Assembly (NCBI GenBank): GCA_964342675.1
Contig: CAYFFR010000004.1
Location: 1 to 56,461 of the forward strand
Reading direction: 5' to 3'
Length of the DNA stretch: 56,461 nucleotides
Source of the DNA: an uncultured Gammaproteobacteria bacterium
Lineage (GTDB): Bacteria > Pseudomonadota > Gammaproteobacteria > Magnimaribacterales > D2472
The notes under the pieces: generated by a model
The model's input: the letters and a program-made list of their open reading frames with translations, nothing else
Told to the model about the DNA's origin: nothing
The model's database searches: none
Translations under genes and position numbers: made by a program
Shown: positions 1-12,201 of the stretch, piece by piece
Layout of the letters: every line of letters starts with the position of its first letter
Numbering within the stretch: position 1 is the stretch's first letter

Positions 1-49
1 TGGACTCATAATCCATTGGTCGGAGGTTCGAGTCCTCCCGGGCCCACCA
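1..49 (+). tRNA. tRNA with CAT anticodon, most likely tRNA-Ile2 (lysidine-modified); 5' part lies outside the window
   Basis: Anticodon arm TGGA-CTCATAA-TCCA, variable loop TGGTC, T-arm GGAGG-TTCGAGT-CCTCC, acceptor 3' strand CGGGCCC, discriminator A and encoded CCA at 47-49. The GGGCCC-type acceptor and ACTCATAATC context resemble Ile2 more than Met/fMet. Confidence 0.85.
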
Positions 50-120
50 TTTAAATACTGCCAATCCATTTTTATTGAAATCATTATCCCTTACAATAGC
101 CAAAACATATAAGGAAAATC

Positions 121-402
121 ATGAAACAGATACTGCCCATCATTTTTTTGACCATTATCGCATCTGGCTGTGTGTCTAACCCAGAAGAATCTTCAATTGC
201 AATGAATTCGAATGAGGAAGAAAGTGATCTGATCTGCCGACAAGAGAAAGTTCTTGGATCAAAAATACCTGAAACATTTTGTTATACCAGAGAAGAATTA
301 GATTCTATGGAAGAGGGCGGTCGTAACGCTTTTGAAAAAGAACGACGTGAGCGCTTGAATCAACAAACACAAGAAGGGTTACGCAATATAGATCCAACTT
401 AG
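121..402 (+). CDS. Small hypothetical lipoprotein
   Basis: AAGGA SD upstream; signal peptide with lipobox IASG-C; Cys-pair motif CRQEKVLGSKIPETFC. Confidence 0.8.
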   Translation: MKQILPIIFLTIIASGCVSNPEESSIAMNSNEEESDLICRQEKVLGSKIPETFCYTREELDSMEEGGRNAFEKERRERLNQQTQEGLRNIDPT

Positions 403-403
403 G

Positions 404-1378
404 ATGTTTTTAGATTTGTATAAGTCTTATAAGATAACATTTAGGGCTTCACTGTTTATTTTTGCTTCTTTTGCATTAAGCACCATCTCACTGCCATCTT
501 TTGCATCTGATCAATTTAATATAAGTCGAATTCTTCTTGAATCTACAGTTAGAATTAATGTTTGGGAGAATCGGGGCACAGATGAAGCTAGCGTAGTTTA
601 TGGTGGTAGCGGGGTGGTCATTAATAATGTTGGTAAAAAGATCTTTATATTAACCAATGCCCATGTCTTATTAGATGAATATTGCTCTCCCTCTTCAAAG
701 AATGACTGTGAGAGCAACCTTTATCCTGATAATCACATTATCGTAATTGATACTTCAGATAGTAAGTACGAATATATAGTTGAAGAAGATGATTTTATAT
801 TTTGGGAAGATATAGATTTAGGGGTTGTAGTGATAGATATGTCAAATTTTGAGGAATATGATGACATGTTACCCATAAAAATATCAGGCAAATGGTATCC
901 ATTGATGGAGGTATTTTCTTCTGGATATCCTCTTGTGCTAGGCAATCAAAGTAATTACAGAAAAATGTTCTTTACTTCTGGAGTTATCAATTCATTGATT
1001 GATAGTGACCAGGGTTTAGCAGATCTTGAGAATTACTCAATCGTTCACAATTCAGGGATTACTGGGGGCATGAGCGGAGGCCCATTAGTGGACAATAATG
1101 GTATGTTACTAGGTATTAATGGTCTAGTAGGAGCTCCGGAACTAGAACAAGGTTTTTTGGGCGCAATAGTAGATTTTGATTTTGACAATTTCAACTATTC
1201 CTATGCCATTCATATTTATGATTTTTATAATGCTGTGATTACAACTGATAGTGGGAATTTTGATTCTAATAGTAAGTTCTTTGGTTTTTTACCAAGACTT
1301 TCTAAATCAGAGCACCTTGCTTTATACAACTATTTTATAGACGAGCACCCAATAAGGACATTAGCTATATTTGATTAA
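404..1378 (+). CDS. Secreted trypsin-like (S1) serine peptidase without PDZ domain
   Basis: GSGVVI, LTNAHV (His), DIDLGVV (Asp), GMSGGPLV (Ser); N-terminal hydrophobic signal ending PSFA. Confidence 0.85.
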   Translation: MFLDLYKSYKITFRASLFIFASFALSTISLPSFASDQFNISRILLESTVRINVWENRGTDEASVVYGGSGVVINNVGKKIFILTNAHVLLDEYCSPSSKNDCESNLYPDNHIIVIDTSDSKYEYIVEEDDFIFWEDIDLGVVVIDMSNFEEYDDMLPIKISGKWYPLMEVFSSGYPLVLGNQSNYRKMFFTSGVINSLIDSDQGLADLENYSIVHNSGITGGMSGGPLVDNNGMLLGINGLVGAPELEQGFLGAIVDFDFDNFNYSYAIHIYDFYNAVITTDSGNFDSNSKFFGFLPRLSKSEHLALYNYFIDEHPIRTLAIFD

Positions 1379-1393
1379 GGAGGATCTTTGTAA

Positions 1394-1807
1394 TTATTGA
1401 TCTAAACTAGTTCTAGTACATTTTAGAACTTGCAGATCTTCAATTTGCTCCAAGACAAGCTTTAATTCTCTGTATTCATTTAACTCTCTTGGAGTTTCTG
1501 AAGATTTAAATCCAAAGAAGTTCTCACCTACTTCAGGGTTTTGAGTACCAATTCCCGCAAACATGTTGGAGTTGGCTTCTGTATTCCCTGATAGCAATCT
1601 TTCAGCAATATCATTGATCAACGTAGAAACTTGAATTCTAGTCTCATTAAGTTGTTTGCAATTTAATGAAGAAGGGTCAACTTTATCGTAATGGCGATCA
1701 TTCAATTCTTTTTGGTCATACGTTAATCTTGGCGTAGCACAGCTCACAACAACACCGATGACCGCAAAGGAAATGATAAAATTTTTAAAGAAACTATTTC
1801 TACTCAT
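1394..1807 (-). CDS. Hypothetical lipoprotein
   Basis: Signal peptide with lipobox VVVS-C; LNCKQL and C-terminal LKC Cys pair; GGAG SD upstream on the minus strand. Confidence 0.75.
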   Translation of the reverse strand: MSRNSFFKNFIISFAVIGVVVSCATPRLTYDQKELNDRHYDKVDPSSLNCKQLNETRIQVSTLINDIAERLLSGNTEANSNMFAGIGTQNPEVGENFFGFKSSETPRELNEYRELKLVLEQIEDLQVLKCTRTSLDQ

Positions 1808-1939
1808 ACTCCAAACCCCTTTTCTCTGAAGAAAATGTAATATCTTACAATTTAGATATTAAATCAAGCTATTATTCTAACAAAATTAACTAGTCTCACA
1901 AAACACAATTAAAAATTAGGTAAAAATATCATGAAAATA

Positions 1940-1956
1940 TTTAACAATTTGTTAAA
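1940..1956. promoter_or_regulatory. Palindromic candidate operator upstream of katG
   Basis: TTTAACAA-T-TTGTTAAA with perfect 8-bp arms, about 80 bp before the katG start. Confidence 0.4.
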
Positions 1957-1989
1957 AAGTAGTAGAGTTTAATGTGGCGAGTGAATTGA

Positions 1990-4164
<2,175 letters not shown>

Positions 4165-4192
4165 GTTCATATTTCAGCTCATACATATGTAT

Positions 4193-4214
4193 CGAGGTGC
4201 TTAAAAGCACCTCG
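4193..4214 (+). terminator. Stem-loop after katG (terminator-like or mRNA-stabilising; no clear U-tract)
   Basis: CGAGGTGCT-TAAA-AGCACCTCG perfect 9-bp stem 28 bp after the stop; preceded by the palindrome ATACATATGTAT (4181-4192). Confidence 0.6.
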
Positions 4215-4263
4215 TGCATTATAGCTTCACCCACTGCATTTGATTATCTTATAATCCCTATAT

Positions 4264-5715
4264 ATGAATCTAAATCTTCGAATCGGCATCATTGGAGCTG
4301 GCATGGCAGGCATGTTGGCTGGTATCAGGTTAGCTGAAAAGGGCTTTAAGAATATTGTTATTTATGAAAAAGCCAATAATGTTGGAGGGACTTGGAGAGA
4401 TAATACTTATCCCGGATTAATATGTGACGTACCATCACATCATTACACTTATAGTTTTGCTAGAAACCCAAATTGGTCTCGTCATTATTCTTCTGGAAAA
4501 GAGATTCAAGATTATTTTGAAGAGGTTGCTAAAGAATATCAGCTAGATCAATTTATTGAATTTAATCAAGAAGTATCAAAAGCAGAATTTCAATCTGGTC
4601 AATGGATCTTAGAACTCAAACAAGGAAAGACAGATCGGGTAGATATTCTAATACCTGCAACTGGAGTGCTACACCACCCAAAATACCCAGACATTGAAGG
4701 CTTCAGTAATTTTAACGGTAAATTATTTCATAGCTCTAGATGGGATCACTCTATTGATCTATCCGATAAAAAAGTTGGAGTAATAGGCAATGGCTCTTCA
4801 GGTGTTCAAATAGTTAGCGCTTTAGGAGGAAAATGTAATCATTTATATCACTTCCAAAGAACCGCACAATGGATGATGCCTTTAGAAAATGGTTTTTTTA
4901 CTAAACAAAATCAACAAGCATTTCGCGATCCACAAGTTTTAGATAAAGCAATGCAATTTAAAGAATATTTCGAAGCAGTTGAACGTTATTCTGAGGCTAT
5001 ATTAGATATGGATTCAGCAGGGGCGCAAGAAATGGCAAAGATGTGCCTAAATAATCTAGAAGATAATGTTCATGACCCTAAACTTAAAGAAGCGCTAAGA
5101 CCTAATCATCAAGCTTTATGTAAAAGACTAATTTGGTCATCGGATTACTATCCAGCTGTACAGCAAGAGAATGTCTCCTTGATAACCAATGCTATTCAAT
5201 CAATTGATGAAGACGGCATTAACCTTGATAAAGAACATATTGATCTGGATGTCATCGTCTTTGCTACTGGTTATAAAGTAGATAGTTTTATGAGGCCAAT
5301 GAAGATTATAGGATCTAATAATATTACTTTAGATAAGTTTTGGAGCGAGTATCCTATAGCTTATTTATCTATTTGTATGCCACATTTCCCCAATCTGTTT
5401 ATGTTAAATGGCCCTAATGGACCGGTCGGTAATTTCTCATTAATTGATATAGCCGAACATCAGATGCACTATATTTTTCAACTACTTAAACCAATCGCAT
5501 TAGGTAAATTTCAATCTTTGCACCCCTCTGAAGAGGCAACTTATACATATGAGAAGCTACGATCTGAAGCAGCCAAAAAGACTGTCTGGTTTAAAGGAGG
5601 GTGCACCAGTTGGTATTTAAATGATCTGGGCATTCCAGCAAGCTGGCCCTGGACCTATTCAAAGTTTGTTGATGAGATGGATAAGCCAAACTGGGAGCAT
5701 TTTAAAACTGCTTAA
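4264..5715 (+). CDS. Baeyer-Villiger-type flavin-binding monooxygenase
   Basis: GAGMAG, GGTWRDNTYPG, BVMO fingerprint FNGKLFHSSRWD, second Rossmann motif GNGSSG, ATGY. Confidence 0.92.
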   Translation: MNLNLRIGIIGAGMAGMLAGIRLAEKGFKNIVIYEKANNVGGTWRDNTYPGLICDVPSHHYTYSFARNPNWSRHYSSGKEIQDYFEEVAKEYQLDQFIEFNQEVSKAEFQSGQWILELKQGKTDRVDILIPATGVLHHPKYPDIEGFSNFNGKLFHSSRWDHSIDLSDKKVGVIGNGSSGVQIVSALGGKCNHLYHFQRTAQWMMPLENGFFTKQNQQAFRDPQVLDKAMQFKEYFEAVERYSEAILDMDSAGAQEMAKMCLNNLEDNVHDPKLKEALRPNHQALCKRLIWSSDYYPAVQQENVSLITNAIQSIDEDGINLDKEHIDLDVIVFATGYKVDSFMRPMKIIGSNNITLDKFWSEYPIAYLSICMPHFPNLFMLNGPNGPVGNFSLIDIAEHQMHYIFQLLKPIALGKFQSLHPSEEATYTYEKLRSEAAKKTVWFKGGCTSWYLNDLGIPASWPWTYSKFVDEMDKPNWEHFKTA

Positions 5716-5720
5716 TACGC

Positions 5721-5813
5721 ATGAATAGAAAAGTAATGATTCTTATTATTCTTATGTCAATTATGGTTGCAGTGAAGATCATAGCTCCTTTGGTTAAATC
5801 ATTTACTCAATGA
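5721..5813 (+). CDS. Candidate 30-aa single-pass membrane protein (below the ORF-track cutoff)
   Basis: Manual translation MNRKVMILIILMSIMVAVKIIAPLVKSFTQ*; starts 5 bp after the monooxygenase stop and fills most of the gap before coaD. Confidence 0.4.
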   Translation: MNRKVMILIILMSIMVAVKIIAPLVKSFTQ

Positions 5814-5851
5814 AACTTTTATGAACATTAAATCTCTTGTATGATTCAAGC

Positions 5852-6331
5852 ATGAAAGTCGCAATTTACCCAGGCTCTTTTGATCCGATCACATTTGGTC
5901 ATATAGACATTCTTGAAAGAGCTGCATCTTTGTTTGATCGCGTTATTATTGGGGTTGCTGAATCAAAGCTCAAGAATCCATTATTTACAACAGAAGAGAG
6001 GCTTGAGCTTATTGAAGAAGTCTTTGCTAAGAGTGAGAACATTAGTGCAATTGGATATTCAGATAAACTTACTATAGATTTGGCAAGAGAGAATAAAGCT
6101 AAAGCCATTATTAGAGGCTTGAGAGCAGTTTCTGATTTTGAGTACGAGTTTCAGTTAGCAACTATGAATAGAGCTTTAGCTCCTGATATTGAAAGCATAT
6201 TCTTTACACCAAAAGACACTTTAATTTATGTTTCTTCCAGCTTAGTCAAAGAGATTGCACAATTTGGAGGCGATGTTTCCAGGTTTGTACCTAAGCATAT
6301 TGATAACGCATTAAAAGAAAAATTTAGTTAA
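5852..6331 (+). CDS. coaD: Pantetheine-phosphate adenylyltransferase
   Basis: MKVAIYPGSFDPITFGH, IIRGLRAVSDFEYE, SSSLVKEIA; start moved to ATG 5852. Confidence 0.97.
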   Translation: MKVAIYPGSFDPITFGHIDILERAASLFDRVIIGVAESKLKNPLFTTEERLELIEEVFAKSENISAIGYSDKLTIDLARENKAKAIIRGLRAVSDFEYEFQLATMNRALAPDIESIFFTPKDTLIYVSSSLVKEIAQFGGDVSRFVPKHIDNALKEKFS

Positions 6332-7137
6332 TTCTGACATTTTTTGCATACAAAGGTAGACCTTTGATTTATTTTAAATGCATCAATCTTATTTTTGCAT
6401 ACAAAACATGGTTCTCCCTGGCGATTATATACCTTCAAATCTATCTTAAAGTAGCCAAGATCTCCACTAGGGTTATGAAAGTCTTTTAGTGTTGTTCCAC
6501 CTTTTTTAATTGCACGATTTAGAATCTTTTTTGTATGAATTACTATTTCTTTACACATTTTCTTAGTGATATATTTTCCTCTTCTTCTAGGATTAATCTT
6601 AGATGCAAATAAGATTTCATTTACATATATATTACCAATGCCTACAACCCATCTTTGGTTCATCAATATAGATTTAATTGGACTACTTAATTTTTTAACA
6701 ACATTAAACAAATATCTATTATTGAATGTATTAGATAGGGGCTCCGTCCCTAGATGCTTGATAAGAAAATGGTCATCTGGATTCAAGGTAAAGTGCAATG
6801 ATCCAAATCTTCTAGGATCATTAAATATCAACTTTATTTTTTCAAAAATAATCTCAAAATGATCATGAGTCTTAAAAACATTGGTGGTATTTTTTGCTAA
6901 TCTTAATGTTCCAGACATTCCAAGATGAATAATCATAGAGCCTTTTCCACAACTTATGATGATATATTTAGCTCTTCTTCTTATATTTAAGATACGCTGA
7001 CCGACCAAAGTCTCTAAGGCTGAAACATCAATTTTCCACCTAAGATTTAACTGGTTAATATTAAATCTTTTTATGGTCTTTGATTGAATTCTAGCTATTC
7101 CCTTTACTGAAGTTTCAACCTCAGGAAGTTCAGGCAT
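6328..7137 (-). CDS. mutM: Formamidopyrimidine-DNA glycosylase
   Basis: PELPEVET N-terminus, HLGMSG, FNDPRRFG, GIGNIY, C-terminal 4-Cys zinc finger. Confidence 0.97.
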   Translation of the reverse strand: MPELPEVETSVKGIARIQSKTIKRFNINQLNLRWKIDVSALETLVGQRILNIRRRAKYIIISCGKGSMIIHLGMSGTLRLAKNTTNVFKTHDHFEIIFEKIKLIFNDPRRFGSLHFTLNPDDHFLIKHLGTEPLSNTFNNRYLFNVVKKLSSPIKSILMNQRWVVGIGNIYVNEILFASKINPRRRGKYITKKMCKEIVIHTKKILNRAIKKGGTTLKDFHNPSGDLGYFKIDLKVYNRQGEPCFVCKNKIDAFKINQRSTFVCKKCQN

Positions 7138-7141
7138 TAAG

Positions 7142-8479
7142 TTAGCCTAACAAAGAGTTTATTTTGACTAAGTTCGCTGGTTCTAGAGTGCCTGCTGCTA
7201 AATGAAGCTTCAGAGTGGCAATCAGATAGTCGTATTTAGCATTTGCCAAGTTACGTTCAGCTGAATAAAGATTTTTTTCAGCTTGTAGAAGATCAACAAT
7301 ATTTCTTGTCCCAACCTCATAGCCTATTTTAGTTGCTTCTAAAGCGCTTGATGCTGAGACGACTGCTTGCTTTTGAGCTCTTAAATTTGCCACTAATGTC
7401 ACAACGTTTGAATATTGTGATCTAACTTCCTGAATGACATTTCTTTGAACGAATAAGGCATCTTGAGACGATTTATTATATTCAGCATAGGCCTGTTTCC
7501 TTCTCGAATGTACTGCTCCTCCTTGAAAAATTGGCATTGACCACTGCAGACTATAAGTTTCTCTTCGTGTCTCATCTGGAACTTTTATTACAAAAGATTC
7601 AATATCAAGTCCATCATAAGAGTATTGATTGGTTTCGGACTCAACTCTTTGACCAACAATATCAACCTTAGGCAAATGATTTGATGCAGCGCTTCTTGCT
7701 TGATTCTTAGAGGCAGACGATCTTAGCTGGGCAGCTTTTAGCCTATAATTATTATCCATTGCTTGTTCTACCCAAGCCTCTTTCGAGTCAGGCACTGGAT
7801 TAGTAACATCCATCTCATTGACTAGCGTATCTATAGACATAATTTGTCTACCCACTAAAGCATTGAGCGCCTCACGCGCATTAAATAGTTCACCTTCTCG
7901 TCTAATTTTTGATGCCAAACTAAGATCAAAAGCCAATTGAGCTTCTTGAACTTCAGTGATTGCTGATAAGCCCACTTCATAGCGTTGTTTTGTTTGGTCT
8001 AGTTGTTTTTTAATGGCTATTTCTTCTGAAATTGCTGCATTTAAATTATCAATTGATCTAAGAAGGTTGAAATACAGTTCAGCAGTCCTGACAATTAAAT
8101 TTTGCTGAGAGTAAGCAAAATCAGCTTCTGCAGCGTCTGTAAGAAATTTTGATCTTCTAAAGTTAAACCAGGTGTCTAATCTAAATAATGGCTGACTAAT
8201 TCTTGCTGATTTACTAAAATTATTATATTCATTTTGCAGTGTATCTAATTGGTAATATTCATTCCAATTTGTCTGTCCAGATATAGAAATGTTAGGCAAT
8301 AAAGTAGCTATGCCTTGAGCCTTAATTTCTTTGCCTGACAAGTATGTATATTCAGCAGCTTTATATTGAGGATCATTCTCAAGAGCCTCGTTATATATAT
8401 CTAATAGACTATTTGAATAAGCTAAATTGCTAATGACCAGCAATAAAGCTTGAGAGAATATGAAGAGTTTTTTAAACAT
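7142..8479 (-). CDS. tolC: TolC-family outer-membrane channel
   Basis: Signal peptide from MFKKLF (ATG 8479), SLLDIYNEALENDPQ, RYEVGLSAITEVQEAQ, GYEVGTRNIVDLLQAE; divergent from thiC as in pseudomonads. Confidence 0.93.
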   Translation of the reverse strand: MFKKLFIFSQALLLVISNLAYSNSLLDIYNEALENDPQYKAAEYTYLSGKEIKAQGIATLLPNISISGQTNWNEYYQLDTLQNEYNNFSKSARISQPLFRLDTWFNFRRSKFLTDAAEADFAYSQQNLIVRTAELYFNLLRSIDNLNAAISEEIAIKKQLDQTKQRYEVGLSAITEVQEAQLAFDLSLASKIRREGELFNAREALNALVGRQIMSIDTLVNEMDVTNPVPDSKEAWVEQAMDNNYRLKAAQLRSSASKNQARSAASNHLPKVDIVGQRVESETNQYSYDGLDIESFVIKVPDETRRETYSLQWSMPIFQGGAVHSRRKQAYAEYNKSSQDALFVQRNVIQEVRSQYSNVVTLVANLRAQKQAVVSASSALEATKIGYEVGTRNIVDLLQAEKNLYSAERNLANAKYDYLIATLKLHLAAGTLEPANLVKINSLLG

Positions 8480-8540
8480 AATATTAGAGGCAGAATTAGA
8501 CCTTGTTTTAACCCTTATTGTCAAATATTTATTCATTATC

Positions 8541-8559
8541 ACTAACTAACATAGTTAGT
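8541..8559. promoter_or_regulatory. Palindromic candidate operator between divergent tolC and thiC
   Basis: ACTAACTA-ACA-TAGTTAGT with perfect 8-bp arms, nearly centred between the two starts. Confidence 0.5.
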
Positions 8560-8610
8560 AAAATCTTAAGCCTTCTTGAGTTAATATTAGAGTAAAATAA
8601 TACAAAATAG

Positions 8611-10302
<1,692 letters not shown>

Positions 10303-12201
10303 ATGGCGAAAAAAGGTTACGACTCAAAATCTATTGAAGTTCTGTCAGGCTTAGAGCCAGTCAGAAAAAGACCTGGCATGTATACAGACACCTCATGCCC
10401 TAATCATTTAATTCAAGAAGTCTTAGATAATTCAGTTGATGAGGCGCTGGGAGGTCATTGCTCAAAGATCAAGGTTATTTTAAAAAAAGATGGCTATATA
10501 GAATTAACTGATGATGGTAGAGGCATGCCCACAGATAATCATCCTGAGCATAAAGTCTCAGGAGTTGAGCTAATAATGTGTAAGCTTCATGCTGGAGCTA
10601 AGTTTTCTGGTGAAGATTATAATTTTGCTGGAGGTTTACATGGGGTTGGTGTTTCGGTAGTCAATGCACTTTCTAGTCATCTCAAAGTCACCGTCAAAAG
10701 ATCAGGAAAAGTTTTTGAGATGCAATTTAAGGGAGGAGAAAAGTCTTCTGAGCTTAAAGAAACTGGGGAAGTTGGTAAGGGAAATACAGGCACCTCAATT
10801 TATTTTAAACCTGATCCTCAGTATTTTGAAACTGAAACAGTTGATGTGAAAAAGCTTATAAATTTATTAAAAGCAAAATCAGTCTTATGCCCAGGACTGA
10901 AGATTAATTACGTTAATGAATTTAAGAATGAAAAAATTTCATGGGAATATCCCAATGGCCTTCAAGGCTATTTAGATGAAGAATTAAAAGAAGAAGTTTT
11001 TTTAATAGACGAAGCAATATTTTGCTCTAAAGCCGGTGATGATCACTCTATCGAGTTTGTCATCAATTGGCTGAATCAGTCTTCTAAAAATAACCTGAAT
11101 GAGTCTTATGTTAATTTAATACCTACAAGTCAAGGAGGGTCTCACCTCAATGGATTTAAGAATGGATTGTTAGAATCGGTAAAAGAGTTTTGTGAATTTA
11201 GAAATCTTGTACCTAAAGGTATAAAAATTAATGCAGATGATGTAATACGAAATAGCGTATTTGTAATATCTTCTAAGCTCAAGAACCCACAATTTGCTGG
11301 ACAGACTAAAGAAAGGCTGGATTCAAAAGAACATCAAAACTTTGTATCAGCTACTACTAAAGATATTTTAAGTATTTGGTTTAATCAGCATACTGAGCAA
11401 GCTGAAATCATTGCAGAGTCTGCTATTTCATCTGCCCAAGATAGAATTAAAGAGAGTAAAGTTGTAGAAAGAAAAAAATCTTTTAAAGGACCTGCATTAC
11501 CTGGAAAACTATCAGACTGTAATTCTGTAAATTTAAATGAAACAGAATTATTTTTAGTTGAAGGAGACTCGGCAGGAGGGTCTGCAAAGCAAGCTAGGGA
11601 CAGAAATTTTCAGGCGATCATGCCTCTTAAAGGAAAAATTCTAAATACTTGGGATTTAGAGAGCATAGAGATAATTAAATCACAAGAAATTAAAGATCTT
11701 GCAACTGCAATTGGGATGAATCCAGGAGAAGGGGACTTATCAAACTTACGATACGGAAAGATATGTATCTTAGCTGATGCTGATTCAGATGGTTTACACA
11801 TTGCTACATTATTATGTGCATTATTTCTAAGACATTATAAATCCCTAATACAGGATGGCCGTGTATTTGTAGCTATGCCCCCTTTATATAGAATTGATTG
11901 TGCAAAAGATAAATTTTATGCGATCGATGAGACTGAAAAAGATAATTTAATAAAAACTTTAAAGAAAAAATCAGGTACTCCAAAAATAGAAATACAAAGA
12001 TTTAAGGGTTTGGGTGAGATGAATCCTAGTCAGTTAAGGGAAACTGTTATGGATCCAATCTCACGCAAGTTAGTTCAACTGACAATCAATCCAAAAGATA
12101 ATGTTAATGCAATGATGGACTTGCTACTTTCAAAGAAAAAGTCGCAAGATAGAAAAATTTGGCTCGAGAAGAAAGGAAAAATCGCTAAGGTGGAATTATG
12201 A
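10303..12201 (+). CDS. parE: DNA topoisomerase IV subunit B
   Basis: [51 protein letters not shown]; directly upstream of parC. Confidence 0.97.
   Translation: MAKKGYDSKSIEVLSGLEPVRKRPGMYTDTSCPNHLIQEVLDNSVDEALGGHCSKIKVILKKDGYIELTDDGRGMPTDNHPEHKVSGVELIMCKLHAGAKFSGEDYNFAGGLHGVGVSVVNALSSHLKVTVKRSGKVFEMQFKGGEKSSELKETGEVGKGNTGTSIYFKPDPQYFETETVDVKKLINLLKAKSVLCPGLKINYVNEFKNEKISWEYPNGLQGYLDEELKEEVFLIDEAIFCSKAGDDHSIEFVINWLNQSSKNNLNESYVNLIPTSQGGSHLNGFKNGLLESVKEFCEFRNLVPKGIKINADDVIRNSVFVISSKLKNPQFAGQTKERLDSKEHQNFVSATTKDILSIWFNQHTEQAEIIAESAISSAQDRIKESKVVERKKSFKGPALPGKLSDCNSVNLNETELFLVEGDSAGGSAKQARDRNFQAIMPLKGKILNTWDLESIEIIKSQEIKDLATAIGMNPGEGDLSNLRYGKICILADADSDGLHIATLLCALFLRHYKSLIQDGRVFVAMPPLYRIDCAKDKFYAIDETEKDNLIKTLKKKSGTPKIEIQRFKGLGEMNPSQLRETVMDPISRKLVQLTINPKDNVNAMMDLLLSKKKSQDRKIWLEKKGKIAKVEL

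Noticed and set aside
404-1378. Trypsin-like gene as part of an anti-phage system
   Set aside because: It has a signal peptide and no adjacent NTPase, nuclease, reverse transcriptase or other defence partner.
1931-1972. 13-codon ORF MKIFNNLLKSSRV upstream of katG as a leader peptide
   Set aside because: No convincing SD, no regulatory codon run and no attenuator hairpin.
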